Shown: in pieces, positions 1 through 7,524 of the stretch
Layout of the letters: each line of letters starts with the position of its first letter
Position numbering within the stretch: the stretch's first letter is position 1
IMG/VR virus record: IMGVR_UViG_3300030330_002885
Span: 1-64,000 of that record
Reading direction: 5' to 3' (one strand)
Length of the DNA stretch: 64,000 bases
Source of the DNA: a virus
Lineage: Duplodnaviria > Caudoviricetes
Made by a program: the position numbers and the translations under genes
The notes under the pieces: generated by a model
Seen by the model: the letters and a program-made list of their open reading frames with translations, nothing else
Database searches by the model: none
What the model was told of the DNA's origin: nothing

Positions 1-72
1 TAAAAATAAAAAAACGCGCAAGTGCCAAAAAAATTCCAGCCCAATTTTTGAATATTAAAGGAGTAATAAATT

Positions 73-462
73 ATGACTTGGAAAGATATAGTGAAAATTA
101 GCGATTATGAGAAAGAGGTTGCAGAAGAATTTGCACCGGAAGAAATGAAACATTTTAATGAACTAAATAAAGTAATAGAATTTATGGAAGGGCCAGCATT
201 AGATACTTTAAGTGATATCTATATTGGAATGAACGAAAGATATATTTCAGGAAAATATGAGGAGTATGGCAAGAATGCAAAAAAACAGTATAAACAAGAT
301 AGAGAAAGAGCAAAGGCTACTGAAAGTGCGTTAGTTGGTTTCATAAAGGATTTGAAAAAATTAAGAAGTTTAGGTAGGTCGGATGAAAGAAATAAAGTTC
401 AAATTAAAACAACTCAAGGAGAAAGAAGTAAACAAAGAAAAGAACTTTTTGGTAGTGAATAA
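73..462 (+). CDS. Hypothetical protein with W-tag leader (MTWKDIVK); N-terminal paralog of 3823..4134
   Basis: ORF preceded by an AAGGAG RBS; the segment EKEVAEEFAPEEMK matches ERELAEEYAPEEMSK of 3823. Confidence 0.8.
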   Translation: MTWKDIVKISDYEKEVAEEFAPEEMKHFNELNKVIEFMEGPALDTLSDIYIGMNERYISGKYEEYGKNAKKQYKQDRERAKATESALVGFIKDLKKLRSLGRSDERNKVQIKTTQGERSKQRKELFGSE

Positions 463-464
463 AA

Positions 465-806
465 ATGACTTGGGAAAATATCGTCAAACGAAAAAAAGAA
501 TACTCAGAAGCACAACGTATGCTTACTGAGTTTTTTAATATTCCATTAAGTGAATTAAATAATCTTAATATTCCACCAAATTTAACTGCTGTATTGAGGT
601 TAGACTCTAATTTAGAAACAATTGATGAAGACAAATTTACTTTATTAATGATGTTATCCGAAGAAGGTAGGTATCAAGAAGTAGTAGATGTATTATCGAA
701 TTTCTTAAGTGCCGCTAGAGCAGAAAGAAGAAAAATCTATCAACAAACTAGCCCTAAGGCCATAGAATGGAGAAGAAAATATAATGAAAGTAGACGGAAA
801 AAATAG
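465..806 (+). CDS. Hypothetical protein with W-tag leader (MTWENIVK)
   Basis: Tightly packed ORF in the tagged array. Confidence 0.8.
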   Translation: MTWENIVKRKKEYSEAQRMLTEFFNIPLSELNNLNIPPNLTAVLRLDSNLETIDEDKFTLLMMLSEEGRYQEVVDVLSNFLSAARAERRKIYQQTSPKAIEWRRKYNESRRKK

Positions 807-817
807 GAAGGGGTAAA

Positions 818-1126
818 ATGAGTTGGATTGATATATTAAAAAATATGGATTCGGCTTTAGATAGAGTAAGAAATAAACCAAGAGAATTTAGGTGGATAGT
901 AGAAGGCTATAATAGACCATTAATTATACATTATATTAACGACCCCTCCGTTATTAAAATATTAAGAGAAAACGAATCCGATGTAAACCAAATGAATAAT
1001 TTGGAATTAAAGAACTTTTTAGAAAAAGATTTAGGAATAGAACCATCTCAAGAAGTATTAGATAATATGGCAAACCGATGGGGTTTAGAACAAGTTGGAC
1101 AAATTACTTGGAGGTATGAAAGATGA
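818..1126 (+). CDS. Hypothetical protein with W-tag leader (MSWIDILK)
   Basis: ORF with GGAAGGGG RBS; ATGA overlap with next gene. Confidence 0.8.
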   Translation: MSWIDILKNMDSALDRVRNKPREFRWIVEGYNRPLIIHYINDPSVIKILRENESDVNQMNNLELKNFLEKDLGIEPSQEVLDNMANRWGLEQVGQITWRYER

Positions 1127-1662
1127 CTTGGAAAGATATATTAAAAAAAGATGATTTCAATACAAGATACAGTGAAATGGCATTCGACAAATATAAGGAG
1201 ATGTTAGAGTCGGGAAAAGATATTGTAATGTGGCCCGATGAGTATGAAAAACATTCTTGGATGTTAATGAGGGATTTTATGAAATTCCTAGAGCATAGGG
1301 AGTTCTTAAGATTAACAAAAGAAGGAATAGAAGTTAAAGAACCATTCTATGTAAAAGATGAAAAAGAAGATGAGAATATGTGGGAGTTCTTAAAAAGCGG
1401 TGATATATTAATAAAAGGTATAAGTTATCCTTTTGCTAGTTATAGTTTGGCAATAGACAAACGCAGGACTATAGACGGAACAGAAAGTGAATGGGATGGT
1501 CATATTGTACACGATGAACTATCTTTTAGAGATATAAAACAGGTAATACATCATTTCTTTACTAATCATCCTAATGAAAAGAAAAAATATATAAATTCAA
1601 TAACCGATAATGAGATTAGGGCTGATATGGCTGAGAGATTTTTTGCGGAGAAGTTAAAATGA
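1123..1662 (+). CDS. Hypothetical protein with W-tag leader (MTWKDILK)
   Basis: ORF with GGAGGT RBS; coupled to both neighbours. Confidence 0.8.
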   Translation: MTWKDILKKDDFNTRYSEMAFDKYKEMLESGKDIVMWPDEYEKHSWMLMRDFMKFLEHREFLRLTKEGIEVKEPFYVKDEKEDENMWEFLKSGDILIKGISYPFASYSLAIDKRRTIDGTESEWDGHIVHDELSFRDIKQVIHHFFTNHPNEKKKYINSITDNEIRADMAERFFAEKLK

Positions 1663-1853
1663 CTTGGAAAGATATAATTAAAAGTTTTGAATGGTATTCA
1701 GAAAAAGGTTTTGAAAAGGCTAAAGAATTTAAAAACGAAGAAGAAGCACAACGTATGGCTGATAAATTAAATAGAGAATTACCTAAAGGAAGAAATAAAT
1801 GGAAGGTTGTTACTTTGTTTAGAAATCCGATGTTAAGAAGGAAGTATGATTAA
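1659..1853 (+). CDS. Small hypothetical protein with W-tag leader (MTWKDIIK)
   Basis: ORF with ATGA overlap; shares a 16-bp segment (EAQRM) with 465..806. Confidence 0.75.
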   Translation: MTWKDIIKSFEWYSEKGFEKAKEFKNEEEAQRMADKLNRELPKGRNKWKVVTLFRNPMLRRKYD

Positions 1854-1854
1854 A

Positions 1855-2112
1855 ATGACTTGGGAAGATATATTAAAGAAACCCGCTAAAGGAAAAAGGT
1901 TTTCTAAAAAGGTTGGTAATAGGACTGTTTCTTATGGACAGGCTGGTAAAGCAAAAGACGGTAAAGATAGAATAAGACCCGGAAGTAAAAAAGGAGATGC
2001 CTATTGTGCAAGGTCAAATAAAATTAAAGGTAATTGGAGAAAAGACCCAAATAGCCCAAACAGATTAAGTAGAAAGAAATGGAAGTGTCGTGGTAATAAA
2101 TCAATGAGATGA
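1855..2112 (+). CDS. Small basic Cys-containing protein with W-tag leader (MTWEDILK)
   Basis: Start moved to the tag Met; AYCARS...DPNSPNRLSRKKWKC resembles small basic proteins of marine phages (recalled, not searched). Confidence 0.75.
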   Translation: MTWEDILKKPAKGKRFSKKVGNRTVSYGQAGKAKDGKDRIRPGSKKGDAYCARSNKIKGNWRKDPNSPNRLSRKKWKCRGNKSMR

Positions 2113-2117
2113 TTAAA

Positions 2118-2315
2118 ATGGATTGGAAAAAAGTAATAAAAGAAATGTCGGATGACGACTTAAAAGAACAATATGATGAACTGTTAGATGAAATTTATGG
2201 AGAAGTTAAATTAGGTAATCTTACCTTTTCTCCATCTAGAATAATTAGGGAATTAGACCCTATAGCATATAGAACAGGATTAAGCGAATATGAGGATTCT
2301 TTAAGAGATGAGTAA
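2118..2315 (+). CDS. Small acidic protein with W-tag leader (MDWKKVIK)
   Basis: Start moved to the tag Met; YDELLDE...PS...DPIAYRTG pattern typical of small phage proteins. Confidence 0.75.
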   Translation: MDWKKVIKEMSDDDLKEQYDELLDEIYGEVKLGNLTFSPSRIIRELDPIAYRTGLSEYEDSLRDE

Positions 2316-2316
2316 T

Positions 2317-2703
2317 ATGAGTTGGAAGGACATATTAAAAGAAAGTCTTGGCCCTGTTACTGAATATCATGGAACTTTAGATTTAAATAGAGTTCTAAAG
2401 TTTGGTATTAATGGTAGTTCGCCACAGTCAAGAAGTAAAAGATATGTTCCTGTTAAATTAAGAGAAGCAGATAAAATAACATATACTGCTAAAGATTTAA
2501 ATGCGGTTATTGAGTTTATTAAAAGGAGAGCAAAACAAACTAAAACAAAGTTAAAAGATTGCGGGGTTGTTGGAGTTATGGGAACAACACTACCACCTGC
2601 AATTGAACATGATGACGGAATGTTAGGAGTTCCTTCTTATGTTAGAGAAGGCGGAATACCAAGAAAATATTTAGTTGATATGCAGGTGGAATTTGAAGAA
2701 TGA
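2317..2703 (+). CDS. Putative ADP-ribosyltransferase/Tpt1-like fold protein with W-tag leader (MSWKDILK)
   Basis: YHGT...VLKFGI, a TYTA strand and C-terminal GGIPRKYL resemble ART-superfamily motifs. Confidence 0.5.
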   Translation: MSWKDILKESLGPVTEYHGTLDLNRVLKFGINGSSPQSRSKRYVPVKLREADKITYTAKDLNAVIEFIKRRAKQTKTKLKDCGVVGVMGTTLPPAIEHDDGMLGVPSYVREGGIPRKYLVDMQVEFEE

Positions 2704-2939
2704 ATTGGTTTGGTATAGTTAAAGGTAAACGATATAAAAAAGGCAATGTAAGTAGAAAGCACAATAAAAATAAAAAAAGAAAGAAAGCCTTAAAAATCTG
2801 TCCAACTCCCAACAAAAAGAAATATCAGAATCATGGTCATGCACTTAGAAGAGCAAGAGAAATTATGGAAAAAACAGGAAATAGAACTTTAAGAGTGTAT
2901 AGATGTGGCGACCATTATCACATCACAAAGAGGGATTAA
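2700..2939 (+). CDS. Basic zinc-finger-like protein with W-tag leader (MNWFGIVK)
   Basis: CPTPNKKKY...RVYRCGDHYHIT Cys/His pattern. Confidence 0.65.
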   Translation: MNWFGIVKGKRYKKGNVSRKHNKNKKRKKALKICPTPNKKKYQNHGHALRRAREIMEKTGNRTLRVYRCGDHYHITKRD

Positions 2940-2940
2940 G

Positions 2941-3114
2941 ATGAATTGGTTTAATACAATTAAAGGTCAAAAAAAGTTACCAAAAGAATTAACCGAAGGT
3001 GCTACCGAGAGTAAGATTACTGCTGATAAATGGTTTAAAGAAAATCAAGCAAAAACAAAACCAACAGATAATACTAAAGGAACTAGACAAACTAAATTAG
3101 GTGAAGAAGAATGA
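2941..3114 (+). CDS. Small protein with W-tag leader (MNWFNTIK)
   Basis: ATG at 2941 after a GAGGGA RBS; the upstream GTG extension is unlikely. Confidence 0.7.
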   Translation: MNWFNTIKGQKKLPKELTEGATESKITADKWFKENQAKTKPTDNTKGTRQTKLGEEE

Positions 3115-3818
3115 GTTGGTTTAATATCCTAAAAGGGAGGTCTGTCGAATTTACTAATGGCTTTATTATGCTTTATGACCCTAGAGAGATTAGTGCTGAA
3201 AAAGCGATTGAGAAACATTATCCATTTAATATAACAGGTGGAAATCATTACGATATCAATACTTGGATTCCAATAGACGTTAAGGATGCTAATGGTTCTA
3301 GTTCTGCACCCTCAATAAATAACCATATATCCGCTATTGAGAAAAAACTAGGGAAATCATTGCCTAAAGACATGAGGGAACGAATGTTAGAGAGTGAAGA
3401 TATTGTAGATTTTATGCAAAAAATGTATGACCAACAAATAGGATTTATTTACATTGCTCCGACTTCATCTTGGAGAGAAAAAGTACCTTTTCATTTTGCA
3501 CAAATTGGTTATGAACAAGGAAATGGATTCAAGAATATGATAAATGCAGTTCCCATACCGGAAGACTATTGGCACTATGATAGTGCTATGAATAATAAAA
3601 GTGGAGTAGTAGTTTCAGGTGGAAAATTAAGTGAGTTTCATCAAAGTGGCTCAAGCAAGATGACTCAAGCATTGCGTGAATTAGATGGGGAAAGACCGGA
3701 AATAGGGCGTTGGAGAGAAGTTGAAGGTAATATTGCCAATCATAGGCAAGGTTCTCCTCAAGATATTGCAGTTGTAATGGAAAAAGTCATTGCTAGAAAA
3801 TTAGATAAGGATTGGTGA
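3111..3818 (+). CDS. Hypothetical protein with W-tag leader (MSWFNILK)
   Basis: 235-aa ORF with GGTGA RBS. Confidence 0.8.
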   Translation: MSWFNILKGRSVEFTNGFIMLYDPREISAEKAIEKHYPFNITGGNHYDINTWIPIDVKDANGSSSAPSINNHISAIEKKLGKSLPKDMRERMLESEDIVDFMQKMYDQQIGFIYIAPTSSWREKVPFHFAQIGYEQGNGFKNMINAVPIPEDYWHYDSAMNNKSGVVVSGGKLSEFHQSGSSKMTQALRELDGERPEIGRWREVEGNIANHRQGSPQDIAVVMEKVIARKLDKDW

Positions 3819-3822
3819 AAAG

Positions 3823-4134
3823 ATGAGTTGGGAAGATATAATTAAAGTGTCTAACTTAGAAAGAGAGTTAGCGGAAGAATATGCTCCTGAAGAAATGTCT
3901 AAATTTAAAGATACATTAAGCAAACTTAATCAATTGTCTAAAGAACTTAACCGAATAGTAAAGAAAGTAATTATTGAAGAAAACAATTTACAGGCTATTC
4001 AAGACTTTGAGGAATTTGCTGGCCCAATGGGTTCAGAAGAAAATGATAAAAGATTAACTAAAATGAAAGAGTTAGCATTAGAATACCAAAAGCAAATAAT
4101 CGCTTTGGAAGAAAAATTAAAAAGGGGTGGATAA
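3823..4134 (+). CDS. Coiled-coil protein with W-tag leader (MSWEDIIK); paralog of 73..462
   Basis: GGTGA RBS; shared ~26-aa N-terminus. Confidence 0.8.
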   Translation: MSWEDIIKVSNLERELAEEYAPEEMSKFKDTLSKLNQLSKELNRIVKKVIIEENNLQAIQDFEEFAGPMGSEENDKRLTKMKELALEYQKQIIALEEKLKRGG

Positions 4135-4485
4135 ATGACTTGGTTTGATAATGTTCAAAAGAAAAGAAATCCAAATAGATGGACTACTTTACAGGTTGGC
4201 CCAATATTAAGAGAATCTTTAGAAGAATGGCATAACACTATAAAAATAGGAGATGATTATAATATTCAAGAAATTAAAGAAGAAGTAAAGGATGACCTTT
4301 ATCAAAGAATGGTTAAACATAAAGGAAAAGATTTACCAGAAAGAAGCACAAAAAGATATCTGAAAAATTTTGATAAAAAAGGAGATGTTAAATTCGATAG
4401 AATTATTAGAGCATTTTTAAATAAAAATAATTATAGAGAATATTCAAGGTCTTATGAAAAAGACCGCTATGAAAAGATGGGGTGA
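4135..4485 (+). CDS. Hypothetical protein with W-tag variant (MTWFDNVQK)
   Basis: ORF abutting the previous stop; GGGGTGG RBS. Confidence 0.75.
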   Translation: MTWFDNVQKKRNPNRWTTLQVGPILRESLEEWHNTIKIGDDYNIQEIKEEVKDDLYQRMVKHKGKDLPERSTKRYLKNFDKKGDVKFDRIIRAFLNKNNYREYSRSYEKDRYEKMG

Positions 4486-4490
4486 ATAAG

Positions 4491-4844
4491 ATGTGGTTTG
4501 AAGAAGTCAAGAAAAAGAAAGATGCTTGTTACCATAAAGTAAAATCAAGATATAAAGAGTGGCCTTCTGCTTATGCTTCTGGCGCATTAGTTCAATGTAG
4601 AAAGGTAGGGGCAAAGAATTGGGGAAATTCTGTAAAGAAAGGACAATTTGATTTAGAAGAAAAAGAAGGATTACGTGGTTGGTTTAAGAGAAATAAAGGA
4701 AAAGGTTGGGTTTCATGCCAATCTTGTGAAGACGATAAAAAAGGCACAAAACCATGTGGAAGAACTGATGCTTCTAAAGGAACTAAACAAAGATGTAGGC
4801 CAAATTGTTCTGCGTGTAAAAATTACAAAAGAAGGAGGGGTTGA
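4491..4844 (+). CDS. Basic Cys-rich protein with W-tag variant (MWFEEVKK)
   Basis: DACYHKVKSRY.WPSAYASGALV.CRKVGA.NWG and GLRGWFK segments resemble small marine-phage proteins (recalled, not searched). Confidence 0.75.
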   Translation: MWFEEVKKKKDACYHKVKSRYKEWPSAYASGALVQCRKVGAKNWGNSVKKGQFDLEEKEGLRGWFKRNKGKGWVSCQSCEDDKKGTKPCGRTDASKGTKQRCRPNCSACKNYKRRRG

Positions 4845-4999
4845 AAATAACTTGGTGGGATATTATTAAAGAGGGTGGCCCTGTAGCATTTGGTGGACAC
4901 GGAACAGGAAATCAATCAGCGTTATTCAATATTAAATATGGAGGTAAAAAGAATGGTAAAAAAAGACACAAGAAAAAACCAAAGAGTAGGGAAGATTAA
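4841..4999 (+). CDS. Unlisted 52-aa basic protein with W-tag (MKITWWDIIKEGG...)
   Basis: Translated by hand: TTG start after GGAGGGG, overlapping the previous stop; TAA at 4997-4999. Confidence 0.65.
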   Translation: MKITWWDIIKEGGPVAFGGHGTGNQSALFNIKYGGKKNGKKRHKKKPKSRED

Positions 5000-6152
5000 T
5001 GGTCATACTATTACTCAAACATTAGATTTTTCTGATGTTACTAAAGATTACAAAAAGTGGAAAGAAGATTGTAAAAGTATGACCGGGTCTGAAATGGGTG
5101 TTAAAAATATTGGTAATTTATTACAAGCCGTTAAAAATCATGGCGTTCCAGAAATGCAAAGGCCAGAATCTTCATTAACTTTTAAACCAATGGAAAATGG
5201 AAAAGATATTATTAATTTCTTAGATAAACAATTAGACCCAAATACTTCAGAAATAGTTGATGCTGAAGTAGATATGGAACTAACAGACATATTAGAAAGA
5301 TTAGAACAGATGGAAAAATCTGGAGCAAATCCTAGAAATATTGTTTTTAATGTTCCTGATATGTCTGCAGTAGACCCCGATACTGCAGTATATGATGAAG
5401 AAGAAGATGTAACAACAGTTTATGGACATTATCGTACAGAAGATTATGTTGAATATAGAAACTTAAAAGCAAGAGTTAAAGATAATGATAAATATAGAGA
5501 AACAATATCACCTAATACGTCTTATTATGATACAGAAAAAAATCAAGCAAAACCACCACTTTGGCAAGCATTTTATTCCGGTGATGGTGAAACAGGAGAT
5601 GATATAAAGAAAGGATTAGTTGTAATTTTAAAATCAACTAAAAAGAAATTAGACGATGGAGAGTTAGCCGTTGAAGTTACTTTAAGGGGTGTTCCAAGAG
5701 GCGGTCTTGCTAATGATATAATGAACAGTTTACCGCAAGTAAGAGATTTCTTTAATAACGCAGTATCTAATCCTAAAAATGCACAATTTGTAAATCAAAA
5801 AACAGGGAACTTTAGAGATGATTTTGTTCAAAGGTTATTACAAAATAGACTTAGTTTTACAGTTCAACCTAAAAGTATTGAAGGAAAGGCAATAGAAAGG
5901 TTATTTGGTTTAGATGAAGAATCATTAGATGAAGAAGCACCATTAGGTGATGTTAAAGGATATACATTAAACATAACTAGAACTATGGTTAAGAACTTAG
6001 CAATGGAAACAGGTAAATGTAGGAGAAGGTCGGCTAAAGGGCCAATTTACTTAACGGAATTTACACAAGAAACTCCAAAGAAAACTTCAAAGAAAACTAA
6101 AGACAAGAAAGGATTAAAGAAATCTTGGAATGAAATATTAAAGGTGAATTAA
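4953..6152 (+). CDS. Hypothetical protein with C-terminal W-tag (KKSWNEILKVN)
   Basis: ATG at 4953 after a GGAGGT RBS, in frame with listed ORF 4890. Confidence 0.8.
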   Translation: MVKKDTRKNQRVGKINGHTITQTLDFSDVTKDYKKWKEDCKSMTGSEMGVKNIGNLLQAVKNHGVPEMQRPESSLTFKPMENGKDIINFLDKQLDPNTSEIVDAEVDMELTDILERLEQMEKSGANPRNIVFNVPDMSAVDPDTAVYDEEEDVTTVYGHYRTEDYVEYRNLKARVKDNDKYRETISPNTSYYDTEKNQAKPPLWQAFYSGDGETGDDIKKGLVVILKSTKKKLDDGELAVEVTLRGVPRGGLANDIMNSLPQVRDFFNNAVSNPKNAQFVNQKTGNFRDDFVQRLLQNRLSFTVQPKSIEGKAIERLFGLDEESLDEEAPLGDVKGYTLNITRTMVKNLAMETGKCRRRSAKGPIYLTEFTQETPKKTSKKTKDKKGLKKSWNEILKVN

Positions 6153-6809
6153 ATGGTAACTAGAAGAAGATGTAAACTTTGTATGGATGATGAAAGAGAT
6201 ACTTTAGAAACTCAATTAGAAACTTTAGAAATATCTCCTGATATGTTAGATAAACAAAAGGGCTGGTCAAGTGGAACTACTGCTAAACATTTAAGAAATC
6301 ATATGGGAGATTATTATGATTCATCTAATCCTCAATGTAAAATTTGTACATCTGAAATAAGAACTATGTTAGAAGAAAATTTATCAACAGGAAAGATAAC
6401 TCCTAATGCAGTTGCAGGTATGCTTGAATGTTCGGAATCACAAGTAAAGAGGCACATGACTAAACATCTTCAGCCCTTAGTTCAGAAGTCTGCCGCAACC
6501 CTAATAGCCAAAAAAGAAATAGACGAAATAGAAACCCTATCGAAAAATATCTCAAGGCTTGAAATTAAAATAGATGAGTTATTCGACCAAGATGAAATGA
6601 ATCCAAAATACATAGATAGTTTAACAAAATTAGCAAAAGAAGTTAGAGAGAGTCTTAGATATTTAATGGAGTTCAAAGGAAAACTTGTTCATAAAAGACA
6701 AGATACAATTATTGTTGCACAAATGCAAATTGTTCAAGAGGTATTAGCACAAAATCATCCTGAAGTTTGGTTAGATGTTAGAAGCAAGATGGAGGAGAAA
6801 TTACAATGA
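6153..6809 (+). CDS. Twin CxxC/HxxxH zinc-HTH repeat protein with coiled-coil tail; candidate terminase small subunit or DNA-binding protein
   Basis: CKLC...HLRNH and CKIC...HMTKH repeats with an HTH-like segment; GGTGA RBS. Confidence 0.5.
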   Translation: MVTRRRCKLCMDDERDTLETQLETLEISPDMLDKQKGWSSGTTAKHLRNHMGDYYDSSNPQCKICTSEIRTMLEENLSTGKITPNAVAGMLECSESQVKRHMTKHLQPLVQKSAATLIAKKEIDEIETLSKNISRLEIKIDELFDQDEMNPKYIDSLTKLAKEVRESLRYLMEFKGKLVHKRQDTIIVAQMQIVQEVLAQNHPEVWLDVRSKMEEKLQ

Positions 6810-7075
6810 ATTGGGAAGATATTGTTAAAAAGAAACGATATCCTACAACTGCTCAAAAGAAAAATAAAAATTGGAATAATCTCAGTGATGATGAAAGACT
6901 TGATGTTGAAATAGGTAGAAAAAGTAAAGGATTTCTAACTAGAGATAGAAAAAGGAGAGAGCAAGAAATAGAGGAAGCAAAAATTTGCTCTAAATGTGGT
7001 AAAAAGGATAATCCATACAGGGCTAAGTTTTGTATAAAATGCGGTAATAAAATGCAGGAATGGTGGAAAAGTTGA
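6806..7075 (+). CDS. Zinc-ribbon protein with W-tag leader (MNWEDIVK)
   Basis: CSKCG...AKFCIKCG. Confidence 0.75.
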   Translation: MNWEDIVKKKRYPTTAQKKNKNWNNLSDDERLDVEIGRKSKGFLTRDRKRREQEIEEAKICSKCGKKDNPYRAKFCIKCGNKMQEWWKS

Positions 7076-7196
7076 GTATAGGATATGCTTGGTATTGGAG
7101 TACAGAATTGAGAAGTGATAATATGAAAACAAGACCGGAATCAACTTGTAGAATGTTTATGACGTTTTTAGACGAATTGTTTAAGGAGATGGATGA

Positions 7197-7523
7197 ATGA
7201 GTAAAATTGTTAAGATGAGAGATTATTCGATGGACTATATAAATATCATTGAAGACCTAAGAGATATGGGCTTTGATGAAATGGTATCAGATTTAGAAAG
7301 AAATCCGCCAGAAAAAGAAGCAAATAAACTTACTTTAGTTCCTTTGGTTGATAGACTTTTAGAAGCGCAAGAAGATACAAATTCAATGTCGGTAGCACTA
7401 CATACACTTCCTTCGTTAATAAATCCACAGAAAAGAGAAAGATTGGGTAATTTAATTAAATTACTTAAAGATGGTAGAGATAAATCTTCACAAACTTGGT
7501 GGAATAAATTACAAAGGGATTAA
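7197..7523 (+). CDS. Hypothetical protein with possible C-terminal tag (TWWNKLQ)
   Basis: ORF with AAGGAG RBS. Confidence 0.7.
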   Translation: MSKIVKMRDYSMDYINIIEDLRDMGFDEMVSDLERNPPEKEANKLTLVPLVDRLLEAQEDTNSMSVALHTLPSLINPQKRERLGNLIKLLKDGRDKSSQTWWNKLQRD

Positions 7524-7524
7524 G

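Noticed and set aside
73-4999. Tag repeats as a CRISPR array or integron attC cassettes
   Set aside because: The repeats are degenerate, protein-coding and spaced by whole genes. There are no palindromic attC-like sites, cas genes or integrase in the window.
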